This document shows positions 38,395 to 51,504 of a stretch of 64,000 nucleotides of DNA, piece after piece (within the stretch, counting starts at the first letter, position 1; every line of letters begins with the position of its first letter). Made by a program: the position numbers and the translations under genes. The DNA comes from Octopus sinensis (Eukaryota): NCBI RefSeq assembly GCF_006345805.1, contig NC_043008.1, positions 31,744,001-31,808,000 on the forward strand, in the 5' to 3' direction. Below the pieces are notes generated by a model that ran no database searches, was not told where the DNA came from, and saw only the letters and a program-made list of their open reading frames with translations.

Positions 38395-39053
38395 ATATAT
38401 ATATATATATTATATATATATATATATATTATATATATATATACATATATATGTGTGTGCGTGTATGTGTGTGTGTGTGTTAACAGTAATTCATATAGTG
38501 CCAACTAGTAAATATTTAATAACGAACCATGTAATACACACTCACGAAAACGTATTTCTGTAAAATGTTGGGGCGGTGGGGAGTGAAATTTCCGAGAGTT
38601 CCTTCCCACCCCCCGTTTTCCGGACAAAAACGTATTTTGTGACATATTAGGTCACCATAATTCCTTCAACGTAAAAAATATCCCAATGATTCCGGGATGG
38701 GTTGGAGTCCATCTCACACTCCCAATTCTTCTTCCGAACAAAAATAATGGGTTTGCGACACATTAAGAGATCAGGGTTCTTGATTCCACGCAAAAACCCC
38801 GATGGTTTTTTTTTTCTTTAGTAAAACGTGTACCGATGTACTCATTAAAATTTACCGGTAAACCTTCTCTTTGTACACTGTGACTAACGTGGGATCGTAT
38901 AGAACTAAATTGTAGGGTGTCTCAACAAGGGCGCAGAGAGCATGGTTAATGTGCCATAAATCGAAAAGACGTCCGACATGCGTTGAGTCGTGAAGAAGAG
39001 ACATTTAGAAGTTATATATGTTATGGTGTCATCTAATATGACTCTCAGAAGGC

Positions 39054-39548
39054 TGTTATGGTAGTGTGGTGGTAGGAAGCTGGTAAAGAATGTATAAATA
39101 CAAGGTGGTAACTTTAACACGTTTATTGAGGTCACACGCATATACACAACGGAATGATGAATAGAATGGTCGATGGACCTTTATATATATCTACAGGCAC
39201 CTGCGTGGGTTGTATGTAAGCTGTTTATCCTGGAGAGAAGCTCACGAACAGCGATATAGGAATCAGAGCAGTGTGTTGGTGCTGTGTAGACGTTGACGAC
39301 GTTGGTGAGAGACATCTGGTGCGACGACGAAGATGGAGGTTGCTGCGAGGTGATCAGCAGTTAGACCTTAGAAAGTTTAGAACCAACTGTCGTCGAGCCT
39401 AGGAAGAGTAAGCTCAAATGCTTGTTTGGAACACACTGTCTCACATGACTTATTTGCAGTTTGTGATTGGTTGGGTTGCATATTGGCGCACGATAGAGTG
39501 AGAGACAAATTGCGCCAATATCAACCAATCGGAGTGGTAGACACAACA
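39054..39548 (-). mobile_element. Candidate solo LTR (495 bp)
   Basis: TG...CA ends; AATAAA on the minus strand ~70 nt before the 3' end; no clear TSD. Confidence 0.4.
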
Positions 39549-39779
39549 GAGTCCAAAACAGCCTCCAAAGGCTAGCTGTTACCTGCTAAGTTCGTATGTA
39601 CTTAATATAAGAGAGGAAGCTCACTAGAGTTCGCTACAGGCATCATAAATAAATGCATGCGCGTGGATTACTTGTTTTCGGTGAATGAACACGGCATTAA
39701 AGAAAGAAAAGTGGAACAAAATTGGATTGCGTGATTACAAACGTGCTGTCATGTAAACAAAAGAATGTTCGCAGGGCAT

Positions 39780-40530
39780 AAATTATTACCTACTCTCTGG
39801 GTGTAAGGTTTTAGCAACAGTTGCGTATAAATCTAGACATGAGAGAGTTGGCCAATATCTACACTGGGTAATATGTCGGCATCATAAAGTCAAAACTGCT
39901 GACAAATGGTACAAGCTCCATCTTAAGGTTGTAACTGAAGGAGAAAATGTAATGATTGTTTTGGACTTTCCAGTACATACAGACCGGACCATCAAAGCTA
40001 AGAAACCAGATATTGTTGTGAAAGACCAAAAGAATAAAATATGTTTATTAATTGATATGAGCATACCTTGTGATCATAATGTCTTGGCAAAAGAATTTGA
40101 TAAGCTCTGAAAATATAAAGATTTGCTGATTGAAATCGAAAAAATATAGCATCTCAAGATGGTTACAATACCAGTGATTGTAGGAGCACTTGGAATATGA
40201 AAAAGGAAACTGAAAATTATTGGAGGATGATCCATGCAGGAAGTACAAAAAATTGTCTTAACTGGTACATCACACGTATTGAGAAGAGCGTTGTTACTGT
40301 GAATTTTATTTCTTTATCCTCTTTATTTTCTTTGTTTTCTTTTTCCATTTTCCCCCTCTTTCTTCGTTCTTTCTTCCCTCTTTTTTCTATCACATGACTG
40401 TAAATGAACAATCCGGTATGTTTATCTTAATGGCCTACTAAAGTATACAGTGAGTTTCTTTGCCCTAGGTGTTGGGAAGATATTCAGTAATAAATGGGAA
40501 CAAAATTGAAAGGAGATAATAATGATAATA
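39780..40530 (+). mobile_element. R4/Dong-like LINE 3' end (restriction-like endonuclease domain)
   Basis: SGC..LA...Y..RH..V...LHW, DF.V.TD..I.A.KPDIVV.D...CLLID.SIP, IPVIVGALG; ends in TAA-rich sequence. Confidence 0.85.
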
Positions 40531-40559
40531 ACAATTATAATAAAGATTAAAATATTTTA

Positions 40560-41300
40560 TAACGGTTGACGTAACTCTTCACGAAGGTGAACAAACAATA
40601 AGAAGAGCGTGATGCGATTTTTAATGGATTGTTTATTTCACGGTTTGAACGATATTTCAACAGATCGTCTGTCTTCTTCAAGTTCAAAATGTAAAAATGG
40701 AGTAACAGCAGAAACGCAGAAATTCAAAATATAAACGAGGAAATCTTGCTTTCAAATGACATCATCAGTTTTCAATTTTGTAACTGATAAAATCGCACAG
40801 TTTTGTGTAAATATCGAGAAATTCACCAGTCATTTTATTCATTCCTCCTGGGCATGACGTTAGTAATTCATAAATGTATTTGTCCTCATGCATCATGAGG
40901 AGTGAAAATGTAATAGAAGCAGAATATTTTCTGAGAATGTGCTCTTTCAGGTGTTTCTCAAAATTGCAGGTGCTTGATGTAAAATGTTCGACAAGTTCTA
41001 TCGAACTACTACTATTGTGCCTGAATCTTTTGTTAAATTGTTCTGTTGTACAACCAACATAAATCAAAAGTTGTGTTTGGTACATTCTTTACCATACACC
41101 AAATGGGAATTTTTACACGTCCTACCGTCCGTATAAATCATAACATTTCTGTTATGATTCCAGATGGAATCGACTTGACTCATGTTGCTGCACAATAAAC
41201 AGGGCTTGCTTCTCTTGCGGCTGTTTTTCAAGGTACAGCGTTCAGAAACTCCAATGGTAGTTTACTTGGAATTAGAAATAGTGGCTAATATTTTTCTTAT
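40560..41300 (-). mobile_element. Penelope-like element 3' end (GIY-YIG plus pLTR)
   Basis: KPC.LC, TC.NS.LVY...C...IYVGCT...F.KRF, E..YI..L....P.GMN. Confidence 0.8.
40644..40688 (-). ncRNA. Minimal type I hammerhead motif with C3U core (UUGAAGA)
   Basis: TTTGAAC-TTGAAGA-A-GACAGA(CGA)TCTGTT-GAAAT-AT-C-GTTCAAA; 7-bp stem I; lies just downstream of a PLE endonuclease. Confidence 0.65.
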
Positions 41301-43348
41301 ATTTTTATTCCATCCAATAGTTGCAATAGACGACAGCTGCAGTAGACACCAGGGAATATTTGTTTAAAACGAGAATATTTTGCGTCGAGTTTTTTAAAAA
41401 CCAGCGTTGAATTTTTGGACATATTGCTTTCTTCTGAATTCAGAATAGAAAAAAGAAAAGTTGATTTGGAAATGTTCATTCCTATCTCTACGTTATTATC
41501 AGTGTAAATTGAGATCAATGAAAGATTTTCGGCCGAGAATTGAAATTAGATGGCAGTCCCAGCTCACTGGTAACTTAACAGAGGTTTTCTGTTTTTTCTT
41601 CGAGAGCATTCGTCACTTTAGTTTTGAAAATTTGATTTTTTTCCTTTTTTGCCTCCTCCTCGCTCCGCACACATTTGAAGGATAAGATTCCATGTAATTA
41701 ATGGTTAGATCGGATCCCAATACTTAATTTATATATATATATAAACTATGTGTATTCCCAGAAGGATCAAATGCAAAGTAAACACCAGCAGGATTTGAAC
41801 TCAGAATATGTACTTTAAATTAACTAAAATCACACATCTTTTATCTTTTATTTGTGTCAGACACTCAAGCGAATGTGGCCATGGGTAGTACCGCTTTGAA
41901 GGGTTGTAGTCGAATGAGTATTTACTTTTTTTTAATATCTGGTACTTTATCAGTTTCTTTGCCGAACTTCTAAGTTACGGAACGTAAATAAACCAACAAC
42001 GGTTGTTAGCGGAGGTCACACATACACAAGCACACAAACACATGTAAATACACACGTATATATATACAACGGGCTTCTTTCAATTTTCGTGAAACAAACC
42101 CTCTCACAGGGCTTTGGTCGACCGGGAACTAAAGCAGAAGACACTAGCCTGAGGCGCCATGAAAACTTACAGCAACACAGCTACGCCTGCGCCAAATATT
42201 AATTTATTCTGAATTTAGTTGCAAAGTCTCTGTCACATTTTTATTACAAATATCGATTCTGAGAACATGGTATGTGACAACATATTCAAGGGGTTTGAGG
42301 TAACGGTTTAAATAACGTCAGACCGAAGTTAACTTTTTCATGGAGGGGAAAAATTAACCCTATCTGGGCACTCTCATACAAGGAGTTGAAGAAACAGACA
42401 AGCGAAGGTGTGGTACGAAGTTTTCTTTCCAACCACATGGTTCCGGGTTCAAGCTCGGGCCTGTGTTTTCTATTATAGACCCGGATTGACCAGTATCTTG
42501 GGAGTGGATTTAACTTCAACTTGCACGTCTCTAAGACTTTCCCTTTGATGTTGTACTTCGTGACGTTTTCCTTTAACTATCATACGTGCCTAACAGGGTT
42601 GTGACATTTCGTCTCTCCTAGATATTGAAGAAGATATTAATCTGGTCCTGGAAGGATTTTATGTCGCTCACACACACTTTAGCACGCTTAGCTGCCCACT
42701 GGAGCTCTATGCCTCACATGCAACATTTTCTGTGTTACAGTGGCGTTACCTCTGCACAACACATCCTCAGGCAGGTAGTACTGAAAAAAATGTGCGTCAG
42801 GAGGAAAACTAAAACATCATTTGAACGTTCACCAAAACAATATTCTAACACCTACTGCAAGAGGCGCCCATCGTTGCTGCATCTGTACAAAAGAGTGTAA
42901 AGTCCCTAGCAGAACTGAAAATCCAAATTCGTGTTGCTTATGCTAAAGACAACAACCAAACGATTATGTTGCTCGAAACTGAATGGTAACCATCATGTAT
43001 GTAGTGTGTATAGTTGGATGGACGGTTGGATGGCTGTGTGTGTGTGTATGTGTGCGTGCGTGAGTGCGTGTGCGTCCGCGCATCAGTTTCTTTAAGGAGA
43101 CTGTCGATCGAAAAAAATCAACAGGCGCACAGTTCAATAAAGAAACTCAATACGCAACAAATGCAGATGTATTTTTTCCAATATTTTCAAGATAAGAATT
43201 CACGATGCACGTGCAGCAATTCAGTTATTGTTAAAGAATCTCCAAAGAATGGTCCGAATTCCTGAATACAGATCACCTGCTTTTTGACAGTTAAAGAACA
43301 GAAGCATTTTATGTATACAAGCACGCATTTGAATGGATATAAATTAAT

Positions 43349-43409
<61 letters not shown>

Positions 43410-43419
43410 CATCTATCTG

Positions 43420-43490
<71 letters not shown>

Positions 43491-43495
43491 GTCTG

Positions 43496-43541
<46 letters not shown>

Positions 43542-43568
43542 AGTTAATCTATTTAACTCTCCTTCCCG

Positions 43569-43618
<50 letters not shown>

Positions 43619-44049
43619 CTCAGTATATATATATATATATATCTGTCCGTCTCTCTATCAATCTATCTATCTATCATGCTACATATCTTTCAATCTATCT
43701 TTATCTCTCTCACTATACACGCACAAACACACATTCATAAGAATGAAGTGCGTGTGAATGTGTGTGTGTATGTGTGTGTGTGTGTGTGCGTGTGAATTAA
43801 AAGAAAGGATGTAATTCAATTCCCATTGTGAGTACTTGACAAAAGATTTCTATCAACATCAATTAATAATTAACACGTGAGTCGGAGAATTTTGTGTTTT
43901 TTTACCTTTGCTTATTTTTTGTAATGCTTGTAAAATGTACGAAGCAGAATCTGGGAAAAACTGAATACATTCTTCTCCATCGACATATAATCTATCGTCA
44001 CCTTGAAATATTATGGATGTGTGTGTGTGTGTGTTGTGTGTGTGTGTGC

Positions 44050-44086
<37 letters not shown>

Positions 44087-44474
44087 TGTGTGTGTGTGTG
44101 GTGTGTGTGTGTGTGTGCGTGCGAGAGAGAGCGTGTGTGTGTGTGTGCGTCCATGCGTGCGTGTGTATTTGTGGCGAGATAGATGGAGGGAAAGAGATGT
44201 GTATACACAAACACAAATGTATATACATATCTTATCTTCTACTTGCTTCAATCATTAGACTACGGCCATCCTGGGGCACCACCTTAAAAATAATTTTTTT
44301 TACAATTTTTTTACCTCGGTACTTATATTTTCTTAAATTCTGGTACTTTTCTATCGTTTTTTTTTTTTTGCCGAACCGCTAATTTACGGGGATGTAACCA
44401 CATCAGAACCGGTTTTCAAGCGGTAGTGGGGTATAAACACAGCTATAATGACACATTCACACATATATCTCTTA

Positions 44475-46597
44475 CTAGCAGTATCGCCCGGCGTTGCTCG
44501 GGTTTGTAAGGGAAATAACTATATAAGCATTTTTAGAGAGTTATAGCCAAAAAATAGCAAAAAATGCATTAAAAATGGAAAAAATATGATGGTAAATTTT
44601 TTTTTAAATCGTTGACTCATCGTAGACATTTTTAGAGAGTTACTTCCCTTATATAATAGCGAAAAAAAGCATTAAAATGGAAAAAAAACGATGGTAAATT
44701 TTTTTTTAAATCGTAGACTCATGTAGACGCTTTCTTAGCCATTTCTGTTTTGGTGTCTTCAAGCCATGAAGTCGTTGTTCTAAAAGAACGCTGGTCTCCT
44801 TGACAACGCATTACGACGTTGATTTCCTTACACTCCCTTCCCGACAGGTGCAGGTGTGAGCGTGGACGCCAACTCCGCCGCCATCGACACACGAAAAATT
44901 ATGCATTAAAATGGAATAAAAAATGATGTTAAATTATTTTTAAAATCGTAGACTCATCGTAGACGCGCGCTAATATTCAGACGGGCTCGATATGAATCAC
45001 GACTATAAGCTACCCGAATTTGGTTAAACTGCACCGCAAAATGTGGGAGTAGTTAGGAATCTAAATCGAAGGGGACAGACACTCACACAACTACAGTTTT
45101 ATATATATAGACATACATAGCGCAGTAGTGGTGAGATGTGACAGCAAAGAAAAGCATACATTCAGTCATTGCATGCAATTAGACTCGGAAAGTTCGTGAG
45201 GAACCCATTGACCCAATTTGCTGACTTTTCCGATAGCACACAGGTCTCAATGAATGGTTGAATGACCAAATCCAAGCTTCTCTGCTAGTTCCTCAACAGT
45301 TACGATGAGATTTTGTTCCACCAGGGTTTTCAGGATGTCCTTGTCGAGTTCTACAGATCTTTCAGGATGAGACTCGTCTTCTAGGCTGTAGTTTATGGCT
45401 CGGAATTTCTGGAACCACCATTGACACTGCCTTACGCTTATTGTCCAATCCCCATATACTGCATTAATATTTCTTGTACTTTCCGTTGCGTTGTTGTCTT
45501 TATTGAACTCATAAAGCAAAATATGCCAAATATGCTCCTTTGTTACTTCCAATATAGATTTGAAAAAAATAGCTGTTAAAATCGAAATGCACTCTTCAAA
45601 ACTTGCACTATGAATAAGGACAAGATAAAATTACTACCTGCTTTTATAGCAATTTAATATAAGTAGTTTATCCCATTCCCCTCTGACTTTTAGTTCAAGC
45701 TGTTGAAAAAACCGCATTATTATATATATATACATACATACGTACATACATATACACACACACTCTCTCTCACACACATGCACACATTTATATTCTGTTA
45801 TTCTTTTATATGTTTCAGCCTTGAGGTTGTGGCCATGCTGGATCATGTGTGTGTGTGTGTGTGTGTCTATCTGTCTGTCTGTCTGTATGTATATATGTAT
45901 ATGTATGTGTGTGAACAATAATATTTTCAACAGATGTGTTGCAAATGTATCTGATTGTTCTCAAGCTTCAATACTGTGTGTGTGTGTGTATGTGTGTGTG
46001 TGTGTATGTATGTATGTATATGTATGTATGTATATCTATGTGTGTATGTATGTATGTGTGTGTGTATGTATGTATGTGTGTATGTATGTGTGTGTGTGTA
46101 TGTATGTATGTATGTATGTATGTATGTATGTATGTATGTATGAGTGTATGTTTACTTTATTACTAACACAAGCCACTACGGTTATTTAATGTAAAGTCTT
46201 TTTCAAATCACTATCTCTGGCTATTTACTCTCTTCCAAGAACATTTTCACTCACACTTATGTGTTAGCTTCCCATACATTTTACTCATGTATCTATCAGC
46301 GTGATAGAGAGAAACAAATATTACATCTAGTTTCACTTTATTCGTTGCCCACTGTGTGTGTGCGTTTGCGTGTGCTGTAAACCAGACTAAGAAAAGCATT
46401 TGACACACACACCAGAATGTGAGTTTTCTGTAAATTTTGCTTAATTGGAGTTTAAATTTTAAAAACTGGACCTGGCATGACGCGATGCCTTGTACTCTTA
46501 AAAATGCTAGGTAAATTGTAATTGAAGAAATCCTATATTGTAGATTTGTATAACTCCCAAAGGGAGGCAGATAAAATCTGCCTTTTATAATAAGAGA
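44475..46597 (-). mobile_element. Composite non-autonomous Helitron, inner copy (2123 bp): family-B 5' end, cargo, complete family-A Helitron (44475-45111)
   Basis: Minus strand reads A|TCTCTTATTATAAAAGGCAG ... hairpin ... CTAG|T. Confidence 0.85.
45180..45720 (-). mobile_element. Mariner 5' fragment carried as Helitron cargo (shorter copy at 47440-47740, +)
   Basis: MEVTKEHIWHILLYEFNK...WFQKFR....SLED....R.VE.D...L...VEQN...TVEELA, GKVSKLGQWVPHEL. Confidence 0.9.
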
Positions 46598-48645
46598 TTA
46601 TAAAAGGCAGATTTTATCTGCCTCCCTTTGGGAGTTATAGAAATCTACAATATAGGATTTCTTCAATTACAATTTACCTAGCATTTTTAAGAGTACAATG
46701 CATCGCGTCATGCCAGGTCCAGTTTTTAAAATTTAAACTCCAATTAAGCAAAATTTACAGAAAACTCACATTCTGGTGTGTGTGTCAAATGCTTTTCTTA
46801 GTCTGGTTTACAGCACACGCAAACGCACACACACAGTGTGCAACGAATAAAATTAAAGTAAATAGCGACAGAGTGATTTGAGGAAGACTAAACTGAAAGT
46901 ATTCTGTCTATGACGCTGATAGATACATGAGTAAAATGTATGGGAAGCTAAGAGCTAAGAGTGAGTGAAAATGTTCTTGGAAGAGAGTAAATAGCGAGAG
47001 AGAGAGAGTGATTTGAGGAAGACTTTACATTAAATAACCGTAGTGGCTTGTGTTAGTAATAAAGTAAACATACACTCATACATACATACATACATACATA
47101 CATACATACACACACATACACACACATATACACACACACACATACATACATACACACATACATACATACATACATACATATACATACATACATACATATA
47201 CATACATACATACACACACACACACATACACACACACACAGTATTGAAGCTTGAGAACAATCAGATACATTTGCAACACATCTGTTGAAAATATTATTGT
47301 TCACACACATACATATACATATATACATACAGACAGACAGATAGACACACACACACACACACACACACACATGATCCAGCATGGCCACAACCTCAAGGCT
47401 GAAACATATAAAAGAATAACAGAATATAAATGTGTGCAAAGTACAAGAAATATTAATGCAGTATATGGGGATTGGACAATAAGCGTAACGCAGTGTCAAT
47501 GGTGGTTCCAGAAATCCCGAGCCATAAACTACAGCCTAGAAGACGAGCCACATCCTGAAAGATCTGTAGAACTCGACAAGGACATCCTGAAAACCCTGGT
47601 GGAACAAAATCTCATCGTAACTGTTGAGGAACTAGCAGAGAAGCTTGGATTTGGTCATTCAACCATTCATTGAGACCTGTGTGCTATCGGAAAAGTCAGC
47701 AAATTGGGTCAATGGGTTCCTCACGAACTTTCCGAGTCTAATTGCATGCAGAGACTGAATGTATGCTTTTCTTTGCTGTCACATCTCACCACTACTGCGC
47801 TATGTATATCTATATATATAAAACTGTAGTTGTGTGAGTGTCTGTCCCCTTCGATTTAGATTCCTAACTACTCCCACATTTTGCGGTGCAGTTTAACCAA
47901 ATTCGGGTAGCTTATAGTCGTGATTCATATCGAGCCCGTCTGAATATTAGCGCGCGTCTACGATGAGTCTACGATTTTAAAAATAATTTAACATCATTTT
48001 TTATTCCATTTTAATGCATAATTTTTCGTGTGTCGATGGCGGCGGAGTTGGCGTCCACGCTCACACCTGCACCTGTGGGGAAGGGAGTGTAAGGAAATCA
48101 ACGTCGTAATGCGTTGTCAAGGAGACCAGTGTTCTTTTAGAACAACGACTTCATGGCTTGAAGACACCAAAACAGAAATGGCTAAGAAAGCGTCTACATG
48201 AGTCTACGATTTAAAAAAAAATTTACCACCGTTTTTTTTCCATTTTAATGCATTTTTTCCCTATTATATAACGAAGTAACTCTCTAAAAATGTCTACGAT
48301 GAGTCAACGATTTAAAAAAAAATTTACCATCATATTTTTTCCATTTTTAATGCATTTTTTTGCTATTTTTTGGCTATAACTCTCTAAAAATGCTTATATA
48401 GTTATTTCCCTTACAAACCCGAGCAACGCCGGGCGATACTGCTAGTATATATATATATATATATATACACATACGACAAGCTTCTTCAGTTTCCGTCTAC
48501 CAAATCCGCTCACGAGGCTATAAGCAGAAGACACTTGCCCAAGGTGGCACGCTGTGAGACTGAACCCGAAATTATGTGGTTGGGAAGCAAGGTTCTTACA
48601 ACACAGTCAGTGATGCCTGCACCTACCTACCTACCTACCTACCTA

Positions 48646-48675
<30 letters not shown>

Positions 48676-48679
<4 letters not shown>

Positions 48680-49520
48680 GTTGGCAATTAAGTTCCCGCC
48701 GTTTTTTTAAATTTTGGTATTTATTGCGTTTTTAATCTATTTTATTTTTGAATCATTTTGGAATCTTTTTTTTTCTAGTTAATTTTAGTTAATTTTTGTG
48801 TTTTTTTTTTCAGATTAAAATGAAATGTCAAGTTAAGAAAAACGAGCATTTTCGAAACCTCCTTGTTTTTGCTATTAATCAAGGTTCTGAGGCCACAAAA
48901 GCTGCTCGCGACATTTACACTGTGTATGGAGAGTGTGCCATAGTTGAAAGAACCGCTTGTGATAGGAATACCAAGTTCAAAAATAGAAATTTTGATCTCA
49001 AAGACGCACCTCGTTCTGGCCGTCCAGTTGAGTTCGATGAAGAGCGACTAAACCAACTTTTGCACGAAAATTCTCGTCAAACGACAAGGGAACTGGCAGA
49101 GGAAATGGAATGCTCCTACACTGCTATAGAGAAGCATCTTCACTCGATGCGAAAGGTTCAGAAGTATAGAGCATGGCCTCCGCGTGCTGTAAGTGACAAC
49201 AACAAAAATCAACGAGCCACACTCTCCGCTGGTTTGCTTGCTCGTCACCGCTCAACTCATGGACACAAGCAACGATTTCTTTGCTGAATCATTACTGGCG
49301 ACGAAAAATGGTGCCTGTACACCAATATAAAGCAGCGTAAGGAAAGGCTTAGCCCCAGTAAACAAGCGACACTGCGCGTGAAACAAGATCTTCATCCGCG
49401 TAAAACGATGTTGTGCGTATGGTGGGACTGGGAAGGGATTATCCATTACGAATTGCTTGAATGGAACCAAACGGTCAACGTGGAACTCTATGTTCAACAG
49501 ATGGAACGACTCAACACTGA
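48676..49520 (+). mobile_element. Mariner transposon, 3'-truncated pseudogene
   Basis: TIR-like ttggttggcaattaagttccc; DAPRSGRP, IITGDEKW, LHPRKTMLCVWWDWEGIIHYELL. Confidence 0.92.
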
Positions 49521-50318
49521 CCGGCTGAACGAAACGCCGTCTCTGAATGAAAAAGCACAGAAGGACAACTATGGTAACTCACCAACGAAGCAGTTGCCTC
49601 GTCCCACCACTCCCACGTTCTCACTAGCTCATGTCTCTTATCTACAACATCACTCTATCACTATCTTTGGTTTCCTTCTACTATGACGAGAACATCTACT
49701 CACTTATACAAGAAATTAACTCTCTTAACCTCGCATGCTTTCTCACTTATATTATACACGTCCGCTGTCGTTGTATGGCTATACATAAAGTAACAGTAAA
49801 TAAAGAATTTGAAGCCAACCATTGTTCTTCTTTCACGTTTGCAACATCACACCCGTTACACATGGATAACCACTCAAAACGAATAACTGCACCTACCGTT
49901 ACAAATGATAACCTCCGACTCCTAACATTTACTGTTATTTATATATGCGTGTGTCTTTGCATCTCTTTGATCCACCGCACCGCTTGGTAACCGGTTGCGG
50001 TTTGTTTACATCCTCATAATCCTGTGGTTCGGCAAAAGAGATCAATAGAATAAGTACCAAACTCTAAAAGTACTAAGGTCAATTTGTTTAACAAAAACTC
50101 TTCAAAGCAGTGCTTCAGCATCGTCCCAGTCCAATGACTGAAAGAGACAAAAGATTAAAGATAATCTGTGTGCATGTACATATTAACTATGAAGCGACAG
50201 AGGTGACCTAAATTTCTCGGTTTCCGCGTCAAATTACTTGTCAGGTTTTATAGTTTGTCAAGGACTTTGAAATGGAATTTTAGGCCATTGACCTACATAT
50301 TTCGTTTAACATATATAT

Positions 50319-51321
50319 TGTTACGGACGCCAAGGAAAATGTAAACGAACAAAAAAACATTATGCCCCTTGTTCCATTAGTTGGAATCGAACCGGCGCTC
50401 CAGTTGTTCAGGACAGTGGTACTTCCTTTGTCTTGTCAAGGAGCCCGATTATTAATGACCGTAGGCCCTGATCTCTGGCCCCATAGGTCACGGAAAGTTT
50501 TAAAAAATAAAAATGTTGGGAAGTGGGTTACACGCTGTTGTCGTACGATATCTCTCTTTTTCTAGCTGCCGGCCGTTATATATACGAGTAGAGCTAAGTT
50601 GCGAGTCAGTCAGCGAGAGACCGAACAAGGGGTCAGTGTGAGCGGAAGATCGGATGTCGGTCAGTGACAGAGATGACAATCGAGCGGCCAGGCAAGTTGT
50701 TGTAGTGGGAGTTGTGAGGTTCAGAGAATGTTGCAGACTCGATTATTAATAGAATGCTGCAGACGCGGAACGTGCCGATAATGTTTTTATTCGTGTTTTG
50801 AATTCTGATATTTAAATGAAAAAAAAAAAAGAGAAACGTTGTGTTGTCTAAATGGAAAAAAAAGAGACTCTGTGACGTAAACTGTTGAAAAGAAAAGGAA
50901 AGGGATCTTTGTGAACAAACTCTCTGTGTTAGAAGAAAAGAGAGAGAAAAGAAAAGAAAGAAGAGAAAAGTGGAACTTTAAGAGACTGTTAATTGTGAAC
51001 TCTGTGTCAAATGAAAATGATTTGTTTTGGAAGAATCGACTCTGTAATGTATTTAAATGTAAATGATTCGCTTTGTTTTTCGAACTCTGTATTATGTTGT
51101 TAGCCTTTGTTGTGAATGCTTTTGTTTTGTTAAAAAAAAATTGCTGAATTACGCAACTCCGCCTGTGTGTCTCTCTTTCTTTTGTTGTTGTGTTGGTTCC
51201 TGGCTGCGTTCGCTGCCTCCCCCCTATCCCGTGGTCGATTTCCAGTTTACTGAGGGCACGCGCCGCACGCTAGGGCCTGTGGTGGCATCGTGGGCCTGAG
51301 TTGAGCGTGGGCGGTGTATCA
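50319..51321 (+). mobile_element. Solo LTR (~1 kb, Gypsy-like) with ATAT TSD
   Basis: TGTTAC...GTATCA ends; ATAT at 50315-50318 and 51322-51325; TATA-like ttatatata near 50576. Confidence 0.55.
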
Positions 51322-51451
51322 ATATATTTACTAGCAGCATAACTCGGCTTTGCCCGGGATTAAGTTAGGATTCTTCAGCTTATCAAGTTCTTTATTTCAA
51401 ACCAAACTAAGTAACATCGACGTCAAATTTGGGCGAAATCCGTTGAAATTG

Positions 51452-51496
<45 letters not shown>

Positions 51497-51504
<8 letters not shown>

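Larger units (their letters stand above)
44468..48445 (+). mobile_element. Composite non-autonomous Helitron, outer copy (nt 1-7 at 44468-44474, remainder 46598-48445; family-A module 47809-48445)
   Basis: A|TCTCTTA [inner copy] TTATAAAAGGCAG ... CTGCTAG|T. Confidence 0.85.
44240..48620 (-). mobile_element. SINE family S1 split by the Helitron dimer (tail 44240-44467, head 48446-48620)
   Basis: Head-proximal half right of 48445 and tail half left of 44468, both on the minus strand; junction falls in the central (TA)n. Confidence 0.75.

Noticed and set aside
42612-42900. Possible exon after ctcctag (DIEEDINLVLEGFY...)
   Set aside because: No recognisable domain, no partner exons, and no convincing donor site.
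44468-48445. Large palindrome as an assembly or chimeric-read artefact
   Set aside because: The arms differ by substitutions and indels up to ~300 bp, and all four junctions follow Helitron A|TC and CTAG|T rules.
50365-50445. B-box-like GGTTCGATTCC on the minus strand inside the solo LTR
   Set aside because: No A box or cloverleaf could be folded; probably chance or a decayed fragment.
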